DNA of 64,000 nt from positions 971 through 64,970 of the IMG/VR virus record IMGVR_UViG_3300045974_000041; one strand, given 5' to 3'. The DNA comes from a virus. Taxonomy: Duplodnaviria > Caudoviricetes. The position numbers and the translations under genes are program-made. The notes under the pieces were generated by a model. The model saw only the letters and a list, made by a program, of their open reading frames with translations, searched no databases and had not been told where the DNA came from. Positions 55,380 through 64,000 of the stretch are shown piece after piece; the first letter of the stretch is position 1; every line of letters starts with the position of its first letter.

Positions 55380-57388
55380 TTAATAATCCGTGTGATTCGC
55401 TTCCAACCACGACCTCTTATCCCACAACTGATGAGACACGTTATCGTAATAATAGTCTCCACATGGCCCTGTCACACCGTTATCTCGATTCTTTGAGATG
55501 TAGGCTTTAGTTGTGTTACGCACTACAGGGTCATCTGCCATCTTATCACGAACCAGCAAGATATTCAAAGCAGCACTCTTGAAAATGGTACTGCTGCCAG
55601 CAAAATCTTCTTCACTAATCATAGCACCTTCACTGTTTTGCTTTGCACCACCACCACTCTTACGGACATGGTTGATGTTAATAAAGGTGATATTGTGAGA
55701 CTTGATAAGCGCCTTCTGCCATTTCAAGAATAAAGATTGATCTTCAATAGACAGCCCGTCAAGAATATCCTGAAGAGGGTCTAGTACAATCACCTTACAA
55801 TCACAAGTGATTACAAGCTGCTCTACAGTATTTTGTAAATCAGCGATAGTGCCATCACGGTCATCTACTAAGTGCCAACGGTGACTGCCATCATCGCGAA
55901 AGAACAGTTCCTTTTGCGCTTGCTTTACCTCATCACTCTGCAAATAAGCCATCTTCTCTTCACGAGAACTCATGTTTGAAATCTTCTTACCTAAGTGACG
56001 AGATAGCATAGACAAACCATAACTACCTGCATTTAATTCCATACTAACCACACCTACACGGTGAGGGCTGTTAAAAGCTAGATAGTACACAATCGTGTCT
56101 ACATACACAGTTTTACCCAACATTTGTGTTCAAGATAGGTCGTTAATCTATCCCCGCCAATTGGCAGCTATATGTCACCATATAGATCAGACTATATCAT
56201 CCTCTCAAGGAGAGGGTATGCGCTTCCACCTACTTAGGTGTACTCCATTTCTGGATAGTCGTTGCACGTTCCTCACTGTTGTAAGGCTTCGCTCAGGATT
56301 GTCTCATTACTGTGATTTGAGAGTTTCCCTGAATTCACATACTTCTCAATAAGTGTCGCCACTTAAAGGGGCTATTAAAAACCGCTCCCAGCACCAATGT
56401 TACATATACGTCCCAAACTTAACCCGCCTGTCATTTCATTAAGCTGTGACATGAACGGTGGGAACATAATCTTTTCAACATCTACTTCTTCTAGGATTTT
56501 ACTTGCTAAATCCCCACTACCAACAATACCCACTGGTACATGCTGTCGAGCCTTGAAATAAGCATTGATAAATTCCTTCTGCTTACCAGCCTCTAATAGC
56601 TCATTCACATCCTTAGCATTGAAACTGGCAATATACACTTTACCCTTTGGCAACACCTTGACAGCTTTATCAGTAGCTTCTTTGCCAGCTTCATCATTAT
56701 CAAAGATTAGAATGATTTTGTCAAACCTGTCAAACCATTCATAATGAGCTTTCAGTTGTTTCATGCTACCTGTTTCACCAGTGACAGGACTCACTACAGG
56801 GGTTTCTTCACCTGTCCAACCACTTTGAACAGCATATTGCACAAGCATATCACGAGCAGACATGCAATCAATTTCACCAGCTGTTACAACACATACCTTA
56901 CTGTTGGAATTCCTATAGCGAAACAGTCCAAACAATTCGCTAGTATTTCCCACCTTGCCAATAGTTGAAAAGCTTTTAGGTAGCTTTCTCACTTTGAATC
57001 CAGCGATACTACCCTCTTCAAAGATTGGGTAGAAGTGTGCTAAAGGCTTACCATCCTCTTCACCCACCTTAGTACGAACTCCATACCACTTATATGTCAA
57101 GTCACTAATACCCCGTACACCAAAACCTTTGGTAGTGGTGAACTGTTTTAGCTCATCCAATTCTTCATCTGTAATCACTTCTGCTGCCATAAAACTACTC
57201 TCCCAATCAATGTCTTCATAGCCCTGTTCGGCTGTCAGCTTGCCAAGGTAATCGCTGCTAGGCTTTGTATAACCACAAGAGAAGCAATGACTGCCCCTCT
57301 CATCGCCATATACGTGCAGATTGTTACGATGCCTATCTCTACCATTGGCAGCACAGCGAGGGCATTGTGCCTTGTACTCTTCTGCCAT
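55380..57388 (-). CDS. T7 gp4-like primase-helicase, two exons: 57388-56381 and 56120-55380 (582 aa spliced)
   Basis: zinc finger CPRC..CFSC, TOPRIM GEID/FDND; splicing restores Walker A GAGSG|LGKT; SME, VLDP, NHVRK, KNRDNG. Confidence 0.92.
56121..56380 (-). mobile_element. group I intron 3 (ORF-less, 260 nt) in the helicase Walker A
   Basis: exon ends in U, terminal G; GAATTCAGGGAA, AATCCTGAG, GCAACGACTA, ATGATATAGTCT. Confidence 0.92.
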
Positions 57389-57396
57389 TATATTCC

Positions 57397-57696
57397 TTAT
57401 TTCCGATTTGCTGCTAGATACCCTGCCAGTCTAACCAAGGCGCTATTTTCTACCACTTTCCATGCCTCTTCAGGATTTGGTAGATATTTACGTGGAGGGC
57501 TACCTTCTAGTACGTCTAGTACAGCATGCAGCTGTTCCACCTCATTCTCAAGATTAACTTTCTGTTCGTAGGTGTATTTGGAGCTATTCTCTTTAGTAGT
57601 CAACGAAGCATTGAGCTTTACCACTTGAGCTTCCAAATCCACAATCTGATTTTTAGAATTACGGAGTTGTGTTGTTACACTAGGTTTAGTTGCCAT
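57397..57696 (-). CDS. hypothetical coiled-coil protein
   Basis: AAGGA RBS. Confidence 0.6.
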   Translation of the reverse strand: MATKPSVTTQLRNSKNQIVDLEAQVVKLNASLTTKENSSKYTYEQKVNLENEVEQLHAVLDVLEGSPPRKYLPNPEEAWKVVENSALVRLAGYLAANRK

Positions 57697-57698
57697 GC

Positions 57699-58055
57699 TT
57701 ATTCCTTTTCTGAAAATTTCCAATAGTAGCGAATGTCAATCTTTACTACTTTACACTTGCTACGCTCTTCTTTAATCTGTCTTCCATCATTATCTTGATT
57801 AAGAAATCCAGCTGGCAAAGTGTCAATACCCTTTAGCTGCGGGTTGTAGTGCTGAAACATCTCTACATCCCTGCTGACATTGAAAGCTTGCCAAGGACTA
57901 TCAACATATCCAATGTAACGATTGTTGGAGTTGTCAACTCTAACCACTGCAAACTTGTTTGTCAACTTGTTTACAACATACCAGCGAGACTCTTCTATAC
58001 CCCTTTCAGGGTTAGCAACAACCTCTGAAGGGGTTGGTGTCAGTGTGTTAGGCAT
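57699..58055 (-). CDS. hypothetical protein
   Basis: ORF in operon. Confidence 0.6.
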   Translation of the reverse strand: MPNTLTPTPSEVVANPERGIEESRWYVVNKLTNKFAVVRVDNSNNRYIGYVDSPWQAFNVSRDVEMFQHYNPQLKGIDTLPAGFLNQDNDGRQIKEERSKCKVVKIDIRYYWKFSEKE

Positions 58056-59016
58056 CTGTATAGCACTCCCCTGTCAACGTCTTACGATGCTGAATCCAGC
58101 CCTTGAAATTTCCACTCCAAAGCTCACCATCTGAATCCATGTGGCTAACACCTGAAGGCCAGAATAGTTTGCTGCCTTGTTCAAAACTTCTACACTCGGT
58201 AAATGGCATTGGAGTTGCTTGGTGTTCCAAAGCACTGGAATGTTTCTTCTCACTGCCTACAAGTCTATCATAAACTTGCTTACTCTTGTCAAGTGTGTAA
58301 TCAACATTACGATAGGATACAGCTGCACAACGGGCTGCACTTACCTTGATAGCATCTGCTGTTGCCACTTCCTGTTCGTTTCCATTATCCCCTTCCACAA
58401 GATATAGCAACTCACCAGCGCTGCTACGCTTACAAGCAATATAGGGTAGGTGATATTCTCCATAACTAAGCTCCTGTGGCTTACTACTATCATAGGCGAT
58501 TTTCATACACTTTGCAATCTCTGCAATAGTTGGGTCAGCAGCTTCGTCACAACGCAGCCAGAAGAAGTTATCATACTCTGTGGAGCTGATAACACCCTTA
58601 ATCATCTGGAAAGGCTCTGTTAGGCGATTATACACTTGTTTGTGGTAGCCGCTCTCATAAAACCGTTCCATCCATGTAACAGCATCTTTCTTGGCAGATT
58701 CCCAAGCAATCTCTGGAGAAATGTATTGCCCATTACCAGAATGAATGACAACATTACTATCAACACCCTTATCCTGCATGCCAGCGTTAGCTTCACCAAA
58801 TCGTACAGGACGTGCTGTGAGTTGGCTAATCATCTTCTGGAAGGGAATAGCACGAGAGCTGGCGTAGTTACGAGACAGCTGGCGATGTGTATTCATTTCT
58901 GCCAAAACAATACGAGGGAATTCCACTTCAAAAGTTGTCAGACGCTTACTACTTGGTGCAACACTGTCTGCCAAAATTGTAGCGCTAATACCATACACTC
59001 CATCCACTTTCACCAT
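58048..59016 (-). CDS. thyX: flavin-dependent thymidylate synthase
   Basis: AEMNTHRQLSRNYASSR, NFFWLR, HSSALEH. Confidence 0.88.
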   Translation of the reverse strand: MVKVDGVYGISATILADSVAPSSKRLTTFEVEFPRIVLAEMNTHRQLSRNYASSRAIPFQKMISQLTARPVRFGEANAGMQDKGVDSNVVIHSGNGQYISPEIAWESAKKDAVTWMERFYESGYHKQVYNRLTEPFQMIKGVISSTEYDNFFWLRCDEAADPTIAEIAKCMKIAYDSSKPQELSYGEYHLPYIACKRSSAGELLYLVEGDNGNEQEVATADAIKVSAARCAAVSYRNVDYTLDKSKQVYDRLVGSEKKHSSALEHQATPMPFTECRSFEQGSKLFWPSGVSHMDSDGELWSGNFKGWIQHRKTLTGECYTDA

Positions 59017-59017
59017 A

Positions 59018-59419
59018 TCATTTCTCCATCATAAATTTATGTTTGCCAATTGTTTTCACAACTTTAAGCTTACTAATCCATCTAGCCCTCATGTTAGTGC
59101 GAACGAAGTATTCTGTCTTCGCAGGTACAATAGGGTGCATTCTAGACACCCTATCATAAATAGCAAGCATTTTCTTGTCAGGACTCCTGATACACTTACT
59201 AGCCCATGAAAATTGACTTTGTTCTATTAGTACACCATTGACGGATAGATGACGAAGCTTTGTACGATTAAGAATAACATCCATAACAGCACGCTTGCCT
59301 TTGTCACTCTCAGTGTTGGCTTCTTCGTAAATAGCACGAGCTAACAATGCCCTGTCAGGGCTATGAATGCACTTAGCAGACACAGACAGTGACAGGAGCA
59401 TCAGTATTGCATATTTCAT
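59018..59419 (-). CDS. SleB-like cell wall hydrolase with signal peptide
   Basis: LARAIYEEA..ES..GK.AV..VILNR, QFSW, IGKHKF. Confidence 0.85.
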   Translation of the reverse strand: MKYAILMLLSLSVSAKCIHSPDRALLARAIYEEANTESDKGKRAVMDVILNRTKLRHLSVNGVLIEQSQFSWASKCIRSPDKKMLAIYDRVSRMHPIVPAKTEYFVRTNMRARWISKLKVVKTIGKHKFMMEK

Positions 59420-59820
59420 TTGTAACGATACATTTGCTTTTGTGCAGCTTCTAAACTAATAGCACCTTTGCAAACGTCCTTATTCAGTTTAGTCTCAAGA
59501 ACATCTTTCTCTACAGCATTTTCATTCTTGGAGGTGTCCCAAGATTGTAACCAGAGATTATCAGGTGATGTTGGACTACCACCAAGAGAGATTGGAATAT
59601 AATGGTCAAGCTCGTAAGCTGACAAGTATTCCTTTGGAGCATATTTACGCATAAGTTGTTTCTTAATTGTGTTAGTATAGCTGACAGACGGTCGTACACT
59701 GCTACTCCAACCTGCTACACAAATTGTTGAACGAATATTATTTTGATTGACAGCAGGGTTAAGCTCCCCTTTCGGGGCAGGCATAACACCCATTGTCAAT
59801 GCTAGGATTAGTGGTAGCAT
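59416..59820 (-). CDS. HNH-like protein with signal peptide
   Basis: YELDHYIPISLGG.P....NLW.Q; hydrophobic N-terminus. Confidence 0.7.
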   Translation of the reverse strand: MLPLILALTMGVMPAPKGELNPAVNQNNIRSTICVAGWSSSVRPSVSYTNTIKKQLMRKYAPKEYLSAYELDHYIPISLGGSPTSPDNLWLQSWDTSKNENAVEKDVLETKLNKDVCKGAISLEAAQKQMYRYK

Positions 59821-61142
59821 TATAGTCCTTTTGCAGAGTTAAGTTGTTGCATGATGCGCTCGTAGCTATCAGCTTCGGATTTATCTGTACGAAGCTCTAC
59901 AAACACTGGAAGGAACAAACTATACGTTGTCTTACCTTCACTGTCAATAACATCGTTAGCCTCCACTTCAACAATCTTACCAACAACACCATCGTTGAAA
60001 AGAACTTTCCGATCAGCATCTGTGAAGCCAGAGCCTACACGACATTTCACTTTACTACAAGAGCTTTCCAGTTCAAAGCCACCTAACATTCCCTTGGCCT
60101 TTCCCTCGCCTTCGTAAATTCCTACAATTTTCATATCACAAGTGAATTGAATTTTCAGTTTCACTTGCTTAGGGCTTGTGTGGTCTTTGTAAGGTAGGCT
60201 AAACATCTTGATTACAGCCCCTTCAGCACCCTCTGAGAGCTTCAAAGCATAGAAGGCTTTAGCTTCTTCCATACTACTAACAACTTGCGTTTGAATAACA
60301 CTGTAAGGGCGTGTAGGCACACTCTCTACAAGCTTGTTAAGGCGTCCAAGACGTACAACATAGTGTACATCACTGCTACCTTCGTGCCACTCTTGGAATG
60401 TCAGATAGTCCCAAGCTTGGATATAAATATCATACTTATCGTCAATCTCACCACTCTTCAGTAGCTTGTTAAGAATACCATTACCAATCTTGCGTGAGAG
60501 TAATGCACAGTTTTCAAAGATGACAGCTTCGCCACACAGTACGACACCATCTGGTAATGTGCTAGCAAGCTTCTCAGCGTACTCTTTAGGCCATGCAGTA
60601 CCATTACGGGTGAATGCAAAGCAATCCCCTGTAGGCGTTTTGCCAAATTGCACATACTGACCATCACTTTTAAGCTGTACAAAGAACTCTTTTTCTTTAC
60701 TAAATGCAGCTTCAATTTTATTATCTAGTAAAGAGCAACGCATATAACTCGGTACGAAGAAAGCGTCAGGCCACACTTTCAATACTAATGTTTCACCAAC
60801 GTTAGCTTTAATGTCTTTCAACAAAAGCATTGACAATAACTCTTGGCCTTCTGCATTAAGCGTTTCAAGTCCTTGCTTAATGTAAGCTTTAGCAGCATTT
60901 CCACTCACCTTACGTGTAGAAATATCACGCAAAGCCAATACAATATCATTATCTGAAAACTCACGTTCACCAACCTTATCGACAGTTGGTAGCTTTGTCA
61001 GGAAGAAATTGATAGCAGGCGCTGTTACAGCTGTCAGGTAGTTTTGGAAGTGTTCATTGTCCTTGTTAGCTTCCATAATGGCAAGCTTCTCTTTACTAGA
61101 GCTAGTGGATTGTAGGAGTTTAGTAAACTGGTAAAGCGTCAT
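59820..61142 (-). CDS. ATP-dependent DNA ligase
   Basis: KSDG, CGE, AWD, EGAVIK, KLK, VGSGF, FLPVF..LR.DK. Confidence 0.93.
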   Translation of the reverse strand: MTLYQFTKLLQSTSSSKEKLAIMEANKDNEHFQNYLTAVTAPAINFFLTKLPTVDKVGEREFSDNDIVLALRDISTRKVSGNAAKAYIKQGLETLNAEGQELLSMLLLKDIKANVGETLVLKVWPDAFFVPSYMRCSLLDNKIEAAFSKEKEFFVQLKSDGQYVQFGKTPTGDCFAFTRNGTAWPKEYAEKLASTLPDGVVLCGEAVIFENCALLSRKIGNGILNKLLKSGEIDDKYDIYIQAWDYLTFQEWHEGSSDVHYVVRLGRLNKLVESVPTRPYSVIQTQVVSSMEEAKAFYALKLSEGAEGAVIKMFSLPYKDHTSPKQVKLKIQFTCDMKIVGIYEGEGKAKGMLGGFELESSCSKVKCRVGSGFTDADRKVLFNDGVVGKIVEVEANDVIDSEGKTTYSLFLPVFVELRTDKSEADSYERIMQQLNSAKGL

Positions 61143-61656
61143 TTGGAATTTCCTTTTTGTTCATAACGTAAACAATAATATCACGAGTGGGAAAGCTTGT
61201 GCTAACTATTTCTTCAATGATATTCCAATCTCCACCACCCAGCCCTGCACCGATCTTGGGCATAGCTATGGGAGATTTTGAGGGATATGTATAATTAATT
61301 ACAGAGAAAACTTCTTTCAAAGCATCATAACTCACATACCTCTTGCCATCTGTACCATACCCGTCTTGTGTTACAGCATTAATGATCAGTTTAGTGTTAT
61401 GCCTATCATTACCTGCAATCCAAGCTTTACTGAAAGTGCCTAGAAACTCTTTGGAATTTCCATCATATCTTGCATAACCCTCTTGGTAGGATTTATAAGC
61501 TGCTGGAAACTTGGTGCAAATAGTCTTAGCAACACCTTTGCCCATAACACCTCTATTATTGCAGCCATGAATTATGAAAATTTCGTCAGCCTCTGTAACA
61601 TCTCCAATTTTGTAGTAGATGTTATGGAATCTCCCACTTATCCAATTAGTTGTCAT
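61120..61656 (-). CDS. macro domain (ADP-ribose processing) protein
   Basis: GDV, HGCN..GVMGKGVA, MPKIGAGLGGGDW. Confidence 0.9.
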   Translation of the reverse strand: MTTNWISGRFHNIYYKIGDVTEADEIFIIHGCNNRGVMGKGVAKTICTKFPAAYKSYQEGYARYDGNSKEFLGTFSKAWIAGNDRHNTKLIINAVTQDGYGTDGKRYVSYDALKEVFSVINYTYPSKSPIAMPKIGAGLGGGDWNIIEEIVSTSFPTRDIIVYVMNKKEIPNDALPVY

Positions 61657-61931
61657 AGTTGACCTTGTTCGTAGACAGAGTATCCAAGGCGTTTAAGAAT
61701 ATATGTAATAACAATCATAGGTAGTTTGTTGATGTAAATTGCTAGGAGATACACACCTATTAATGGCACAGAGATAGGCCAGAAAGCCAACATCTTACCC
61801 ATATCGGCTACCTCCCACTCATGGATTGCTTTGGGTTTATCGCAATAAGGCTTTAGCTCGGCAAAGATAATACAAGCTACCATCCATAAGATGATAAACA
61901 CTAGGAAATAAAATAGCAGCAGTTTAATCAT
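61653..61931 (-). CDS. membrane protein
   Basis: two hydrophobic segments. Confidence 0.55.
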   Translation of the reverse strand: MIKLLLFYFLVFIILWMVACIIFAELKPYCDKPKAIHEWEVADMGKMLAFWPISVPLIGVYLLAIYINKLPMIVITYILKRLGYSVYEQGQL

Positions 61932-62266
61932 TCTTCCCACCCATGTAAAGGACAATTAGATGATATGACGTATCTACCATAAGGGTAGCTGTCATCATTG
62001 TCCATCTTGGGACAAGTGCAACGAGGAACTTCCCAAAAACGATAGTAGTTTTGATTAACACCAAACTTCCAAACCTCTTGCAACTTCTCTTCAATTGCCC
62101 AAAGCTTGTCAGTGTATTCTTTACGATTGGTACGAATAACATCTTCTTCTGTGCTTAGAAGCTCTTCAAACAACTCTTTTCTGATGTAGTGTAGTAGCTC
62201 CACTAATTGAATGTCCTTAGTTGTCAAGACTTGCTTCTCTGCTAAATTCATATTAACTGTTGTCAT
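61928..62266 (-). CDS. conserved phage protein with Cys/His zinc-binding motif
   Basis: LQEVWKF...FW..P.CTCPKMDN...CPLH. Confidence 0.75.
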   Translation of the reverse strand: MTTVNMNLAEKQVLTTKDIQLVELLHYIRKELFEELLSTEEDVIRTNRKEYTDKLWAIEEKLQEVWKFGVNQNYYRFWEVPRCTCPKMDNDDSYPYGRYVISSNCPLHGWEE

Positions 62267-62687
62267 TTTTACCTTTCTGTAGTATACGCACAGCTTCTTT
62301 TACGCTCTCTACTTTTTGAGCAGTCTCTTGAAGCTTCTTAATCTTTGTAAGAGCTTCAGCAATATCTACCGCTGGCTCTAGTGGTAAATCAACACGTACA
62401 CCCCCTACATATAATGTAGCTACGATGCAGTCAGTGTATGCGTCAATCATACGGGAATTAACGTATAGTTGAATTTTCTCATTCTTTCTAAACTGGAAAG
62501 AATTCTGTACTACACTCCAATCATCAGGACTATTAAGGTAGCCAATAAACTCATCTAGCAGAAGTTGCATATCCTCACTAATAGCTATTTCTTTAGGGAG
62601 TGTAAAGAAAGCTACCACTTTATCACTCCAGAGCAAGCTAGCTACTAAACAAATACTCCCTGCCACCACTGCTAAGTGTTCTATCAT
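62253..62687 (-). CDS. hypothetical protein, N-terminal TM
   Basis: ORF in operon. Confidence 0.6.
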   Translation of the reverse strand: MIEHLAVVAGSICLVASLLWSDKVVAFFTLPKEIAISEDMQLLLDEFIGYLNSPDDWSVVQNSFQFRKNEKIQLYVNSRMIDAYTDCIVATLYVGGVRVDLPLEPAVDIAEALTKIKKLQETAQKVESVKEAVRILQKGKNDNS

Positions 62688-63208
62688 TTCTTAGCCCCTT
62701 GCAAAATCTTGGCAACAGCTTTCTCTAGCGATAGTTCCACTTGCTTTCTATGAACAGCGTTTTCCCTGTCTTCCCAAGCATTAATAGCATCAATAAGTTT
62801 ATCCTTTTCAACCTCTGTCAGTTGAATATCATCCAAGAAACTCCCATCCAAAGTGAAACGTAGACGGACAATTAGCTTACCACGGCTTGAACGGAATGAG
62901 ACAGATAAGTCTGCAACAGTGCATATCATGGTAACACTGGAATATCGTTCCCAATTCTCTTGCACATTGAAGCTATCAATGATAGTTTGAATGTTTGTGC
63001 GAACACTGCTACCAGCTGTCCCTACAACATCTTCGCCACGTTTGTTATCAACCTTCTCTAACTCTTCTAGCTCCTTTACATAATCTTCAGCACTGAGAAT
63101 TTTACCACGACGTTTATTTGCCAAAAATGTAACTAATAAACCTGCCAACAGAGAGAAAGCTACGGCATAGCATACCATTGACACAAAATTTAAACTAAGC
63201 ACAATCAA
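62684..63208 (-). CDS. hypothetical protein, N-terminal TM
   Basis: ORF in operon; similar architecture to its neighbour. Confidence 0.6.
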   Translation of the reverse strand: MIVLSLNFVSMVCYAVAFSLLAGLLVTFLANKRRGKILSAEDYVKELEELEKVDNKRGEDVVGTAGSSVRTNIQTIIDSFNVQENWERYSSVTMICTVADLSVSFRSSRGKLIVRLRFTLDGSFLDDIQLTEVEKDKLIDAINAWEDRENAVHRKQVELSLEKAVAKILQGAKK

Positions 63209-63812
63209 TTTCCTTTTTAAGAGTTGCTACAGTTGCCCTACCAATTTCTAACCCTAATGATAGTAGTTCTAGGTGGATGTTGTCAATAGTTGGTTTGATG
63301 CCAGATTCTTTAAAACGCTCTACAATCTCCTTGATAGCCATAATGTTTGCACGCTTTGTTTCGCTAGCAGGACGTGCTAACAGGTTGGCCTTGGCAGCTT
63401 CTGTAGCCATACCATCTTTGACACGCTTTACTAGGGTATCTTTCTCAAAACACGCTACAGCTGCAAGAACTGTAAGCATGAGTTTGCCAACAGCACCAGC
63501 AGTGTCAATACCATCACGAATGAATACAATGCTTACACCCATTTCTGTGAGCTTTTCCACTGTAACCAGTACGTCTGATGTATTACGGCCTAGACGGTCT
63601 ACAGCGTAGCACAGAACAATGTCACCAGCCCTAAGCTCACCTAGTAGGGTACGAAAAGCTAGACGCTCAAAGGCTGGCTTGGAGCCACTAACACCATGAT
63701 CTACAAATACATTTGCATCTTCTACAGCATAGCCACGTTGTTTGATAGCATCAATCTGAAGTTGTACATCTTGTTCAGAGGTTGATACGCGGAGGTAGGA
63801 GTAGACAGCCAT
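63195..63812 (-). CDS. small serine recombinase (resolvase/invertase family)
   Basis: YLRVST.EQ, D.GVSG, GD......DRLGR, IDT...GKLM. Confidence 0.92.
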   Translation of the reverse strand: MAVYSYLRVSTSEQDVQLQIDAIKQRGYAVEDANVFVDHGVSGSKPAFERLAFRTLLGELRAGDIVLCYAVDRLGRNTSDVLVTVEKLTEMGVSIVFIRDGIDTAGAVGKLMLTVLAAVACFEKDTLVKRVKDGMATEAAKANLLARPASETKRANIMAIKEIVERFKESGIKPTIDNIHLELLSLGLEIGRATVATLKKEIDCA

Positions 63813-63845
63813 TTCGTTCTTCCTGTGTTTCGTTTCGATAGATGA

Positions 63846-63874
63846 ATAGTATAGAAATCGAAGGGGTGTGTCAA
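63846..63874 (-). promoter_or_regulatory. sigma70-type promoter of the resolvase operon
   Basis: TTGACA-17-TACTAT. Confidence 0.75.
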
Positions 63875-64000
63875 GCACAAATGAAAACAACCCTAACATT
63901 TCTGCTAGGGTTGCTAATAAGGTGTAAGCTCTATGTAAGGATTCTAGTGAAAATGCTAGCGTTCGTAATTCTTTGAAAACAATTTTTGTTTAAACGTTTT

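Noticed and set aside
55380-56123. Separate helicase gene starting at ATG 56123
   Set aside because: It would lack half of Walker A. The G of that ATG is the intron's terminal G.
63195-63812. Integrase indicating a temperate lifestyle
   Set aside because: It is only ~205 aa and lacks the recombinase and zinc-ribbon domains of large serine integrases. No repressor is seen in the window.

Overview
About 64 kb of a tailed dsDNA phage genome (Caudoviricetes). It looks like a lytic siphovirus: tail tube and a 2088-aa tape measure, with no sheath, integrase or repressor seen. The host is probably a Gram-negative proteobacterium, judged from sigma70-type promoters and an M15 endolysin with a spanin-like gene. 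Layout: (1) leftward early/accessory genes including PhoH and a ClpP-like protease (1-8.0 kb), interrupted by a 1.4-kb non-coding region holding a 10-bp-phased palindrome array; (2) a rightward arm with terS, five tRNAs, a structured ~220-nt RNA, terL split by two group I introns, and head, neck, tail, two paired adhesin/partner modules and lysis genes (8.1-41.1 kb); (3) a leftward replication and nucleotide-metabolism arm with NrdAB, exonuclease, SSB, family A polymerase, primase-helicase split by a third group I intron, ThyX, ligase, a macro domain and a serine resolvase (41.1-63.9 kb). Best leads: the unassigned structured RNA upstream of terL; an unannotated 36-aa peptide plus two membrane proteins ahead of the lysis genes; the phased palindrome array; three mosaic group I introns in catalytic motifs sharing one endonuclease; a D-arm-less, arm-permuted tRNA-Arg(UCU)-like RNA; twin adhesins with a shared docking peptide; and a candidate one-piece spanin with a beta-barrel-type C-terminus. 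All calls come from reading motifs by eye; no searches or folding programs were run.
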